NCBI GenBank assembly: GCA_951406725.2
Contig: OX597817.1
Span: 150,846,001 to 150,910,000, forward strand
Length of the DNA: 64,000 bases
Direction of reading: 5' to 3'
From: Octopus vulgaris
Taxonomy: Eukaryota
The position numbers and the translations under genes were made by a program. Each line of letters starts with the position of its first letter. Positions within the stretch are counted from its first letter, which is position 1. This document shows, one piece after another, positions 26,016 to 38,976 of this stretch. The notes below the pieces were generated by a model. The model ran no database searches and was not told where the DNA came from. It was given only the letters and a program-made list of their open reading frames with translations.

Positions 26016-26509
26016 TTAACCCTTTTGTTACCATATTTCTGTTAAGATGCTCTGTGTTTCTTTCAATTAATTCTAAATTTTGATGACTGGCATCCATGCT
26101 AGTGGAGCGCTAAGAATACCATCTGAGCATGATCGTTCCCAGAGCAACAAACTGGGTTCTGTGCTGGTGGCACGTAAAAAGCACCATTCGAGCGCGATCA
26201 TTTACTGCGTCGCTTTACTGACACTTTTGCTGGTGGCACGCGAAAAAATATTCGAGCGAGGTGGTTACCAGTGCAGGTGGCATATAAAAAGCACCATTTG
26301 AGCATAGCCGTTGCCAGTACTGCCTGACTGGCCCTCATGCCGGTGGCACGTAAAAGCACCCACTACACTCTTGGAGTGGTTGGTGTTAGGAAGGGCATCC
26401 AGCTGTAGAAACTCTGCCAGATCAGATTGGAGCTTGGTGCAGCCATCTAGTTCACCAGTCCTCAGTCAAATTGTCCAACCCATGCTAGCATGGAAAGCAG
26501 ACATTAAAC

Positions 26510-26573
<64 letters not shown>

Positions 26574-26992
26574 ATGACAAAGAATTTAGTAAAATGACAT
26601 AGTTATCATTAAGCTAGTATTAGGAACATAACTTGTAACTAAGGTTTGGTGGAAGATTTTAATTCAAAACTTATGAAAACAAGACATTTGTACTACAGAG
26701 CCAGAGCCGGTTTCAGCTGGGTTGGTATTCGAAAGGGTTAAACACCTCTACATTTGTTAACCCTTTTGTCACCATATTTCTGTTAAGATGTTCTGTATTT
26801 TAAACATAACAATTTAATTTTAAGCATAACAAAGGATTTAGTAAAATAACATAGTTATCATTAAACTAGTGTTAGGAACATAAATTGTCACTAAGGTTTG
26901 GTGGAAGATTTGAAATCAATACTTATGAAAACAAGACATTTATATTACAGAGCCAGAAGTGGTTTCAGCCAGGTTGGTATTGAAAAGGTTAA
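26016..26992. mobile_element. two adjacent piggyBac-type MITE copies, the first split by an RTE-tail repeat (about 26080-26575)
   Basis: TTAA at 26016, 26738, 26757 and 26989; bodies match 19271-19499. Confidence 0.8.
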
Positions 26993-28771
26993 AATAGAGT
27001 GAACTCTTTAGTTTGTGGGAGACAAGGCAGACTTTCTAGTGTGGGTGCTATGATAAGATACACCCAGTACATCTTGTAAAGTGGTGGTTGTTAAGAAGGG
27101 CATCCAGCTGTAGAAACCATGCCAAAGAATGGAAAGTATGAAGTGAGACATGGTTGATTCATCTTTTAAGGCAATTACTCCAAATGTAAACTGACTGGGA
27201 TCATAAGAATCTATTCAAGTCATGCCACCCTGAAAAGTAGACATAAAGCATTGATGATGCTAACGATGATGATGATGATGATGATAGAATATTAAAGCTG
27301 AAAATTTTGAGGAGACATTACTCTACTGGTGACGACAATTGTGTATGTGTGTATGTATGTGTGTGTGTGTGTGAGTGTGTGTATGTGTGTGTGTGTGTGT
27401 GTGTGTATGTGTAAGTATATATCAAAACAGAATTCTGTGATCATATAATTTTATGGGAGCAGACTTAAATTGACTATTTTAATTTTATGATTTCGCACTG
27501 GGGTCGATGTAATCGACTTAATCCCTTTGTCTGTCCTTGTTTGTTCCCTCTATGTTTAGCTCCTTGTGGACAATAAAGAAATATGTTACTAATATCCAGT
27601 TGATAGAGCTTAATATACTTACGTCTTAGTTGAGTAAAAAAGTGTCAGGAGAGTACAGAGTGTAATATTAATCAATGACTCACAAAAGAATGGGATTTAT
27701 GTAATCATTTCATTATCTTACAACTGTTTCTGCTGTGGGAATTTCAACCATGTTTCGTGGTCTGCTACCACAACAGCTCCTTTATAGGATTCAGTTAGCT
27801 GAAGACATCATCAGGAGGAACCACGTCCATTTCGGCCCCTACTCCTCTACCGTTTTGACGTGGTAGCCCGCTTCCTTTCAGAGATGTCTTCAGCTCTAGT
27901 GTAGAGTAGCATGTCTTCTTTCTCCTTCTTTCTTCTGTTCCCTGGCCTCTTCGATGTAATGTCAATGAGTGTCAGTGGGCGAATGCCTGCCTTGTCAAAT
28001 TTCCCTTTAAATACCTGGTGATAGGCTCCAGCAGGCAGCCCCAGCACGTTGTTACATGACACTGTCTAAACTTTAACTGACCAATGGAGGGCACGTAGTC
28101 TTAGCCCACGCATTCTCTAAATGAGACCATCACTTGTCAGTCAGCGAAGCTACTTCAGTGTCAGCCTGTCTCACCTAGGGATGCTATTTTCCTGCCGGCA
28201 TGTTATGACTTTCAAGCCATTTTTGGTCTTCCCGCTTCAGCCATATATAGAAGCTGGCTTTTTCGACTGCCTCCTGTATTCTCCTTATTCAGAGCTAAGT
28301 GCATGTTCAACATCCTATAATTTTCTTGGAGTCTTTACTTTTACAATTATAAATATTATAGTATGCAATGTCATTTACACTCATTTAAGTGTGGCAAATA
28401 ACACAAGACTATTGTAGCCCTCTTACACAATCTGTGACAAATAATACAGGGCTGTTGTAGCCCTTTTTTGTAATCTGTACTTGAAATTAATAGCTACTCT
28501 CAAACTTGATAAGATCTTTTCAGACAATGAACAATATGTCCAGTATTAGAGAATTTTCAATAAAACAAAAGGAAGCATATTAATGGTAATAAAATATGCT
28601 GCCAATCCTATGATATTTTGCCTAGTTGCTTCTGCAAAAATAAAATGTCTCTAAATAAGATATTTGGTTGAAGAGGTTAGATTTCCTAGCAGAATGTATC
28701 AATAATGCAAGTCTTTAAAGTAAATGCTATATATATCATATATCTTGGCAGTTTTTTTTTCTTTTTTTCAG

Positions 28772-29227
28772 GGTTTGGGTCGAAAACACATAGACTCAGC
28801 ATATTACTGTTCTTATGATGGAGTATTGCCACGGAAATTTGATACAACTCACTTGGATTCTTCGTGGCCTTACCTTTCAACCTATAAAAAGACGTTCCAC
28901 CTGGATCACCACAAATATCCCCCACCAAATATTTTTCATGTGACAGCATCGACTTTACATAACCAGCGATACGGAATAACTACATATCAAATTTCACATG
29001 GTAATGCAAATCCTTACGACGAATCCATTCAAAAGAAGGAGCAAGATTTGGGTCACAAGTGTAAACCACCTTTTCAGCGTCCCAAAACTGCTCCCCCCAT
29101 TCTTCAGGAAAGTGTTGCTCTGTGTTTAAGGTGGGAGAAACCTCATGTACAACGGCCTGCTAAAGAGAATGCTTCTACATCTACAACATCTTTAATAGTA
29201 TCAAAAGACAAAGCCACTCAGATCTGA
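28772..29227 (+). CDS. TEX36: TEX36-like gene, terminal exon 4 (GLGRKHIDS...KATQI*)
   Basis: Strong T-rich acceptor TTTTTTTCAG ending at 28771; exon begins GLGRK, which follows HDNR in TEX36; non-repetitive 151-codon frame; AATAAA at 29347. Confidence 0.85.
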   Translation, partial: GLGRKHIDSAYYCSYDGVLPRKFDTTHLDSSWPYLSTYKKTFHLDHHKYPPPNIFHVTASTLHNQRYGITTYQISHGNANPYDESIQKKEQDLGHKCKPPFQRPKTAPPILQESVALCLRWEKPHVQRPAKENASTSTTSLIVSKDKATQI

Positions 29228-29346
29228 AGGTTCGAAAGTTCTCTCATCTTAATTAAACATAGGAAAATAGAAATTGTGAAATATAATTTGACAATATATA
29301 TTTTTTTTATTGGTGATAGAAAAACTGTGTATCTTTACACAATGTG

Positions 29347-29357
29347 AATAAAATAAA
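29347..29357 (+). other. polyadenylation signals of the TEX36-like gene
   Basis: Overlapping AATAAAATAAA about 120 nt after the stop codon. Confidence 0.5.
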
Positions 29358-30057
29358 TAGATCAATTGTTTTTCTTTGAAAACTGATATCAGCAGAGAAG
29401 AAATAGGTTTGGAAACATTAATGAAATCATTGACAACTTATAATATGTGTCTAAAATTGATCCTTCTGATTAAAAATTATAAATGTTTATATAATGTTAT
29501 TATTTTAAATAACAGTTACTGATGGTGTAATTTATACTGTGAGTAGAGCCAACTTGATCTTCAAAATAAATTAAGATTGTGCCAGCCTCCCCTGGCACCT
29601 GTGCCGGTGGCATGTAAAAATCACCCACTAAACTCACGGAGTGGTTGGCGTTAGGAAGGGCATCCAGCTGTAGAAACACTGCCAGATCAGACTGGAGCCT
29701 GGTGCAGCCTCCTGCCCCCCCCCCAGACCCCAGTCGAACCGTCCAACCCATGCTAGCATGGAAAACGGACGTTAAATGATGATTATGATGACGATATCTT
29801 AAAAGCATTTCATGACAGTATTTCTAATTACTAGAATGCTTTGTGTTTTAATTGATTTATAATATAATTAAGATTCTGAAGGGGTGCGTTGAAATATCTG
29901 AAACTTTATATGGAAGCATATACAATGTTGGTTTTGTCCAACTGAAACCTTATTCTATCATTCCCCATGATATTTTAATTACAATATGAATACTTTCATA
30001 GGATGGTCTCAAATGGGTTGGAAATAAAAAGGTTAATTGTATTCCATTTATCTATTA

Positions 30058-30292
30058 TGAGGTGGCGAGCTGGCAGTAACGCTAGCGCGCCGGGCGAAAT
30101 GCTTAGCGGTATTTCATCTGTCGTTATGTTCTGAGTTCAAATTCCGCCGAGGTCGACTTTGCCTTTCACCCTCTCGGGGTCGATAAATAAAGTACCAGTT
30201 TCGCACTGGGTCGATGTAATCGACTTAATCCCTTTGTCTGTCCTTGTTTGTCCCCTCTATGTTTAGCCCCTTGTGGGTAGTAAAGAAATATA
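30058..30292 (+). mobile_element. SINE family A, young copy with 15-bp TSD
   Basis: TCCATTTATCTATTA on both sides; CpGs intact. Confidence 0.88.
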
Positions 30293-31194
30293 TCCATTTA
30301 TCTATTAAATTAAAATTTTTTTCAGGATAGTTTTTTTTTCTTAGCCTATGACAAAATTGAAGAATTTAAATTGTATTACAAGATGTGTAATTTTATTACA
30401 CACTAAAATATTTGAAGAAAATTCTGATAAAATTAGTTACTTATGCGTAGACAGATTCAAGTTCACCACACTGTTATGTATAATGTCCTTAAAAAATTTT
30501 CTAAAAAAAATGACAAAAAGTTCTCATTAATTTAAAAATCTATTAAATTAGCTATTATTGACAACAGCAGTATTTGTAATGAGTAATAATAAACACACCC
30601 AACTTAAATTGGGTGTGTTGTCTATATTACACTTAAACTGCTATTAACATTCAAAGATACCATCTCATGTTAATGACATGTGCTCATTAAGCATTGACTG
30701 TATTGACTGATGAAATGATTATCTGATATAGTGAATAGCACTACTGTATCCTGTGATTTCACCATTGCTGCAGATCATCAGTGGCACCTCAGCCTTGCAC
30801 TGAATGTCCAAATAGCTGGACTGCCACTGATGATCTGCAGAAATTGTGAAACCATGAGATACAGTAGTACCAGAAACGTTAGGACGCTGGGTGAAATGCT
30901 TAGCAGTATTTCGTCTGCTGTTATGTTCTGAGTTCAAATTCCACCAAGGTCGACTTTGCCTTTCATCCTTTCATCATCATCATCATCATCATCATTTAGC
31001 GTCCGTTTTCCATGCTAGCATGGGTTGGACGGGTCAACTGGGGTCTGTGAAGCTGGAAGGCTTCATCAGGCCCAGTCAGATCTGGCAGTGTTTCTACGGC
31101 TGGATGCCCTTCCTAACGCCAACCACTCCGTGAGTGTAGTGGGTGCTTTTTACGTGCCACCCGCACAGGTGCCAGACAGAGCTGGCAAACGGCC

Positions 31195-31229
<35 letters not shown>

Positions 31230-31243
31230 CATATATACATACA

Positions 31244-31275
<32 letters not shown>

Positions 31276-31342
31276 CGGCCATATATATATATATACATAT
31301 ATATATATACGGCCATATATATATATATACATATATACATAT

Positions 31343-31417
<75 letters not shown>

Positions 31418-31419
31418 CA

Positions 31420-31473
<54 letters not shown>

Positions 31474-31876
31474 CTGGCGATGTTAGTCAAATCAGAATTC
31501 GGACACCATGTCCCACCCAAGTAGAGAGTTATAGTTTACAAAGACATATCTTGGTAAACGAAGTTTATTCGGGATTTTTTGAAGGAATTTTTCCAGAGAC
31601 TTCTTGAACTTTATGGGGTCTGTTTCTGCTTTAATGTGTTTTGATATCATATTAAAGTGAGTGGGGCCACTTGATGTGAAATAATTGTGCCAAATTGTTA
31701 TTTGGAGAAGAGAAGGATAATGGTGAGGATATCAGGATATCTCTCGACTGGAAAAATCTGAGAATCCTGGAACACATTCTGCTGACCATGTTAACTTTGC
31801 TGTGTATATGAGTGGTCCAACTTCTATATATATGTATATCTATCTGTCTGTCTGTGTGTCTATCTACGTATCTATC

Positions 31877-31943
<67 letters not shown>

Positions 31944-32132
31944 ATACACATATATATAGACATACATGTAAATATATGTATATACAATTATTTCATATAT
32001 ATATTGTGTATACGTTCCATATATACATATATATATATTGTGTGTATATATATATATATATATATATCTATATATATATATATATTATGTATGTATATAT
32101 ATATATCTATATATATATAGTTATGTAAATAT

Positions 32133-32163
<31 letters not shown>

Positions 32164-32164
<1 letters not shown>

Positions 32165-34634
32165 CTCTTATTATAAAAGGTAGATTTTATCTGCCTCCCT
32201 TTGTATCTTATAGAAATCTACAATATAGGATTTCTTCAATTACAATTTACCTAGCATTTTTAAGAGTAGAATGCATTGGGTCGTGCCAGGTCCAGTTTTT
32301 AAAATTTCAACCCCAATTAAGCAAAATTTAGAGAAAATTCACATTGTGGTGTCTAAGTCAAATGCTTCTCTTAGTGTGGCCTACACCACACGCACACGCA
32401 CACACACAGTGTGCAACAAATAAAGTGAAAGTAATTCACTTTTTGTAGTGAGTGACTCTTTCACTCTGCCACTTCCTCTTTACACACATAGACACGCAAA
32501 TATATAAATAAAATTGTAAGCTAACGTGTGTGTGTGCGTGTGTGTGAGTGTGTATGTGTGTGCGTGTGTGTGTGTGTGAGGGTGCGTGTGTGTGTGTGTG
32601 TGTGCGTGTGCGTGAGTGTGTGACAGGAAAGTTTTTTATCTCTTATTATAAAAGGCAGATTTTATCTGCCTCCCTTTGTATCTTATAGAAATCTACAATA
32701 TAGGATTTCTTCAATTACAATTTACCTAGCATTTTTAAGAGTAGAATGCATTGGGTCGTGCCAGGTCCAGTTTTTAAAATTTCAACCCCAATTAAGCAAA
32801 ATTTAGAGAAAACTCACATTGTGGTGTCTAAGTCAAATGCTTCTCTTAGTGTGGCCTACACCACACGCACACGCACACACACAGTGTGCAACGAATAAAG
32901 TGAAAGTAATTCACTTTTTGTAGTGAGTGACTCTTTCACTCTGCCACTTCCTCTTTACACACATAGACACGCAAATATATAAATAAAATTGTAAGCTAAC
33001 GTGTGTGTGTGAGTGTGTGTGTGTGTGTGTGCGTGTGTGTGTGTGAGGGTGCGTGTGTGTGTGTGTGTGTGTGCGTGTGCGTGAGTGTGTGACAGGAAAG
33101 TTTTTTAGGACGAATATAAGACCTATATCCAAGTAGAAAGATCGCCCAAAAGTGTATATAGATATTTAAATGTATTTATATATTCATCTATACACAGATG
33201 TATGTATAATGTGTGCGTATATATTTCCATAGAGGTAAACTTTCACTCCATACAAAGTTTTTTAGGACGAATATAAGATCTAAAGTATATACAAGTAGCA
33301 GAAAGATCGCCTAAAAGTGTATATAGATATTTAAATGTATTTATATATTCATCTATACACAGATGTATGTATAATGTGTGTGTATATATTTCCATACACG
33401 TAACCATTCACTCCGCACAAAGTTTTTTAGGACGAAAATAAGATCTAAAGTTATCTCTAAGTAGCACGAAGATCGCCCAAAAGTGTATATAGATATATAA
33501 ATGTATTTATATATTCATCTATGCACACATGTATGTATAACGTGTATGTATATATTTCCATAGAGGTAACCATTCACTCCATACAAAGTTTTTTAGGACG
33601 AAAATAAGATCTAAAGTTATCTCTAAGAAACAGAAAGATCGCCCAAAAGTGTATATAGATATTTAAATGTATTTATATATTCATCTATACACACATGTAT
33701 GTATAATGTGCATGTATATATTTCCATAGAGGTAACCATTCAATCCATACAAAGTTTTTTAGGACGAAAATATTTATATATAAAAGAAAGGTTGTGTGTC
33801 TGTCTACTCCGATTTAGATTCCTAACTACTCCCACATTTTGCGATGCAGTTTAACCAAAACCGGGTATCTTATAGTCGGGATTCATATCGAGCCCTTCTG
33901 GGTATTAGCGCGCATCTACGATGAGTCTATGATTTTACAAATAATTTACCATAATTTTTTCCATTTTAATGCATATTTTTTTAAATAAAGGGAAGTAACT
34001 CTCAAACTTCACACCAATATGCGTGCTCATATGCGACGTAATATCACATCAGCAGCATTTCCTCACACACTGGTATTTTGCCTTCGCCAAGTGCAAACTT
34101 GGCGAAGGCAAAATACCAGGGGATGAAAATGGTAATATTACCATCGATTCCATTTGTACCATTGTTAAGACGCCTTCTGATCTCAGAGATGCAGTGTTCC
34201 CAGATCTACAAGCTAATTATCAGAATATGGATTGGATTGGCAAAAAGGCTATACTGGCCCCGAGGAATAAAACTGTTCACCATATTAATGATGAAATGCT
34301 AAAACTCATTCCTGGGGAAGTCTATGTATATCAGTCTATCGATACAACTCCTGACCCAGAGGACATCATCAACTATCTAATAGAGGTACTCAATTCCTTT
34401 GAGCACCCCGGACTACCACCACACTTTCTCAAACTTAAAGTTGGTGCCCCTATAATGCTCATCAGAAATTTGGTTCCCCCAAAACAATGCAATGGCACAC
34501 GTTTGATCGTTAAGTCCTTATCTCCCACCGTAAGCTTATATCAATATTTGCCTGAATAATCATCATAATTCAGTGCAATCATTAACAGTACTTTCAACAA
34601 TTCAGCCCCGAGCAACGCCGGGCAATTCTGCTAG
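32164..34634 (+). mobile_element. composite Helitron with internal tandem repeats and a PIF1-type helicase fragment (34023-34559)
   Basis: A|TC start; 3' CCCGAGCAACGCCGGG hairpin and CTAG|T; KAILAPRN, GLPPHFLKLKVGAPIMLIRNL and CNGTRL motifs; ~475-bp duplication (32164-33105) and ~180-bp tandem units (33095-33770). Confidence 0.85.
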
Positions 34635-35033
34635 TATATATATATATATATATATATGTATATAAGTATTATATACACTCATCCAAATGTATGTCAGTGT
34701 CTGCCTTTTCTTTAATTTGTTAAAATCATTGTCCGATTTTTTTAGTTGTTGCTTTGTTATATCTCTCTATGCTTTATTGCACCCACCCTCTGCCTGTCTG
34801 TCTGCCTCTCTCTCCCTCCCCGCCCTCTCACTCTTAGTCTCTCCCTCTCCTTTTCATAGTTAAGTCACGTTGCCGCTTTACTTAGGAAGTTAAATATTTA
34901 GAGGAGAAACAGATTAGATTTCTATTCAACAATGAATATGGTTCAATTTCATAAGATTTGTTAAACCACACCCTAGCTGGAGCATTTTAGATCATAAAAC
35001 ATACATATATATACACACACATAAATATGCATG

Positions 35034-35101
<68 letters not shown>

Positions 35102-35267
35102 TATATACATATATTGTGTGTATATATATATGTGTGTGTGTACATATAATTTTTTCATATATATATTGTGTATACATTCTATATATACATATATATATTG
35201 TGTGTATATATATATATTATGTATGTATATGTATATATATATCTATATCTATCTATCTATCTATCTA

Positions 35268-35312
<45 letters not shown>

Positions 35313-35395
35313 TATGTATGTATATGTATATATATCTATCTATCTATATATATATATATATATATATATTATGTATGTATATGTATATATATATA

Positions 35396-36380
35396 GACAT
35401 AGCTCCAGAAGGTCAGAAGCTCCAGAAGGTCATCAATGGCGTGGATGACCAAATAAACCTTCAGTCAGACCTACTGGCTGTTGTCCAATGGGCGGAAAAG
35501 AATAACATGTTGCTAAATGAAGACAAATTTGAACTGATCCACTTTGGAAGGGAGGACGCTCTGAAACTCCCATACTCTCTTCCTTCTGGAGAAATTCTCA
35601 TGGCATCCAACAACATCAGAGACCTGGGAGTAACAGTGGACAACAACATAAGCTGGGCTACACATATAAGCAGCAAAGTTGACATGGCCCGCAGAATGTG
35701 TTCCTGGATTCTCAGAACCTTCCAGTCGAGAGATTCCCACGCTATTATCCTTCTCTTCTCCACTTTTGCCCGACCCCACCTTGAATACTGCTGTCCACTG
35801 TGGTCTCCCTACACAAAACAAAATATTATGAGAATTGAAGCTCCTCAAAGGTCAATCACAAAAAAGATAGATGGCATGTCAGACCTTGACTACTGGGGTA
35901 GACTAGAGAAGCTGAAATTGTATTCACTCCAACGACGCCGTGAACGCTACATTATCTGTATGATGTGGAAAATATTCCACCAGCACTGTCCGAATGATGT
36001 TGGCATCACCTTCAAAATGCATCCAAGGCTTGGACCACGTGCCATCCGTCCACAACAAAAATCTAAATCGCATCACATAACGACAATACGGCACAACTAT
36101 TTCACCTCAATTGGACCTGCTCTCTTCAACATTACACCAGGGCACGTCAAAAAAGAAACTGACCACACAAAATTCAAGAAGTCTTTGGACAAATTCCTTC
36201 AAACAGTACCGGACAAACCACCCACACCCGGATATGTCTCCGCAAACAATAACTCTCTGCTCGAATGGGCCTTGGTGCCCAAATCCTGAACTGAAAGACT
36301 TCACCAGGTGGTGCTATTAAGTTAGACATGGCCTGGGCCAATACTGGCCAAAACCTTTCTAAGTTATTCTAAGTTAAGTT
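35396..36380 (+). mobile_element. CR1-like LINE 3' end (copy at 43711-44695)
   Basis: NIRDLGVTVD, RPHLEYCCPLWSP, LKLYSLQRRRERY, FKKSLDKFL, PDKP; tail with repeated TTCTAAGTTA. Confidence 0.85.
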
Positions 36381-36489
36381 ATATCTATATCTATCTACCT
36401 ATCTATCTATCTATCTATCTATATATATATATATAAATATATATACATTTTATGCATGTATATATATATATATATAAGTCTATAGGTAT

Positions 36490-37012
36490 ATGTATATGCA
36501 GCAGGAGTTGGACTCCATTTACAGATTGGCTGAGGATAATAATATGCAGTTTAATGCTGAAAAATTCCAAGCCCCACACCACCAGCAACAAAACCTAACT
36601 TACAGGGGACACTGGTCCACAGGGAATTTCAGTCCCAGAGCCTTAGTCAGTGAGGGACCTGGGTATAGACATGAGTTATGATACCTCTTTCCAAGTGCAA
36701 ATTACCATGATGGCGACAAAGTGCAGACGACTGGCTGGATGGATCCTAAGAACATTCCGAACAAGAGATAAGGAAACCATGATGGTCCACTGGTGGACAT
36801 TCGTCCTCAGCTGCCTGGATTATTGCTCACAGCTATGGTCAGCCACCTGCGTGAAATTAACAGCAGACCTTGAAGCAATCCAGAGAAGATTCACAAAGAA
36901 AATCGTTTCTTTGTAACAGCTCAGCTACTGGGAAAGGTTGAAACACTTAAGACTCTACTCCCTGGAGAGAAGACAGGAGAGGTACGCAGTAATATATATC
37001 TGGAAGATCCTG
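36490..37012 (+). mobile_element. degenerate CR1-like RT C-terminal fragment (copy at about 44808-45330)
   Basis: NNMQFNAEKFQ, RDLGI, LDYCSQLWS, LEAIQRRFTK across frameshifts. Confidence 0.8.
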
Positions 37013-37407
37013 CCCAGAAGGCTGCATCAGGCTCCTATCTGATCAGGTAGGGTTTCTACCGCTGGATGCCCTTCTAACACCTACCACTCCAAGAGTGTAA
37101 TGGGTGCTTTTACGTGCCACTGGCACGAGAGCCAGCCATGTGGTACTGCCAATAGCCACACTCAAATGGTGTTTTTTACATGCCACCAGAACAGGAGCTA
37201 GTACAGCGGCACTGACAACATTCATGCTCGGATGGTGCTTTTAGTATTCCACTGGTGTGGTTGCCAGTCAGGCGGTGCTATCATCAGTCATCTCAACGAA
37301 TTTGATTTCACTTGCCTTAACAGGTCCTCAAAAATGAAGTTTAGTGTCCAATGAGAGACGTGTACAGATATATACATATACATATACACACATATATATA
37401 TACATAC

Positions 37408-37478
<71 letters not shown>

Positions 37479-38929
37479 ACACACACAGAGTTTATATCCG
37501 TTTAAAAGGAAAAAGAAGATGAGTCCATATATAACATCAAAAGGAGCAGCTTTTTTTCTCTGATGAAATTATACTCATGTCACATAAATGTAATATCAAT
37601 GTACAAATTTGTAATTAATTTATTGAAACAATTGTAAGCAGCGAAGATGACCACTTTCTAAGCAATAAACAATTATCAACTTCCTTATCTCCATTTTCTT
37701 TTCTTTTTTGAAATGGATATAAACTATATTCTTAATATATACCTATTGTTTTAAGGGTATTTCATTGCCCCAAAATACTAGGTATTCAACCAGTGTTTTC
37801 TTGAATTCAACCATCCCTTCAAAAGGTTAACATATCCCCTAATTATATACTTATATGTCTATACATTCAATTTATATATATATGTATATATGAGTATATG
37901 CATGTATGTATAGACAGATAGATGAATTGAAGGAGAGGTGTGAGCATATACATATTTCGGTCTTACCTATTTTTTCTAAATACATACACCCACATACATT
38001 CATTCATGCGTGTTTCTAAATTGACGCAAAAGGTTGACCTAAGATTTGAATAGGGATAAGAAATTTAATGACAATAAATTGAGATATTTTAGAATTTCTT
38101 TAGAATTGTTAAAGAAAAGAAATAGTGTTTCATTGTGTAAGAAATAGCAGGTACACAGATAGCTATGTATATGTACATATATGGATATAAATACGTGTGT
38201 ATGAATGTATGTGGGTGTATGTGTACAGTTGTATTTGTATTTAACTATGTTGTTGTTTATGTTTGCACAGATATGTGTGTGTGTGTGTGTGTGTATACCT
38301 ATGTTTGGATTTATATGTGTGTGTATGATTGTTTGTAGTTATGTATATATGTAAACATGAATTCTTCGTGTATGTATATATGTATTTATGTATATATGGT
38401 GATGATGACGATGGCTATCCACTCATGAGTAAAAAGGTCATCACTGACCATCTACCATGTGAAATGTCTGCAAGGACAGTTCTAAGTAGTATTGTGTTCA
38501 TGGTCAGCTTTATTCAGATTTGCAGCTGTGGCCTTCATGCATGCCGCAGGGCCCTCCTAATTGACCAAGCATCGTAAATGACTCTTACCTAGCGATTGTA
38601 CGACCTAGAATTTTAAATCCAATAAGGTTGGGCTGATCCCTCACTGATCCTTTGCACCCTATTTACATGATCCAGAAACAAGCCAGGACAAGCTATCAAG
38701 TCCCAATGTGAGGGCACTATGATCCCATGCGCAAGAAACCCCCCCATAAATTGAGGTGCCTTTCACACACACACATACACAGAGGCACACATATACACAT
38801 ACATGCACTTATTATGGATGTATACATACATACTTCATCATTTTAAACACATATAGACACATTCTTTGGGGGAAGCAGTGGGAAGGTATGGTGTTTTGAG
38901 TAGTATAGTTTGTATATATAAATATATAT

Positions 38930-38975
<46 letters not shown>

Positions 38976-38976
<1 letters not shown>

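Noticed and set aside
27711-27820. Hammerhead on the minus strand (CTGATGA ... GAAACAGTTGTA)
   Set aside because: Core words are present but stems I and II could not be paired convincingly.
28724-28771. ATG start of the 167-aa ORF
   Set aside because: Lies upstream of a strong splice acceptor; the sequence is intronic and the true frame continues from exon 3.
31025-32331. YI/IY-rich ORFs (also near 35000, 41300, 49600, 50550)
   Set aside because: Translations of (TA)n/(TG)n microsatellites.
34023-34559. Host PIF1 helicase gene
   Set aside because: Partial domain with no splice structure, immediately followed by a Helitron 3' hairpin-CTAG end.
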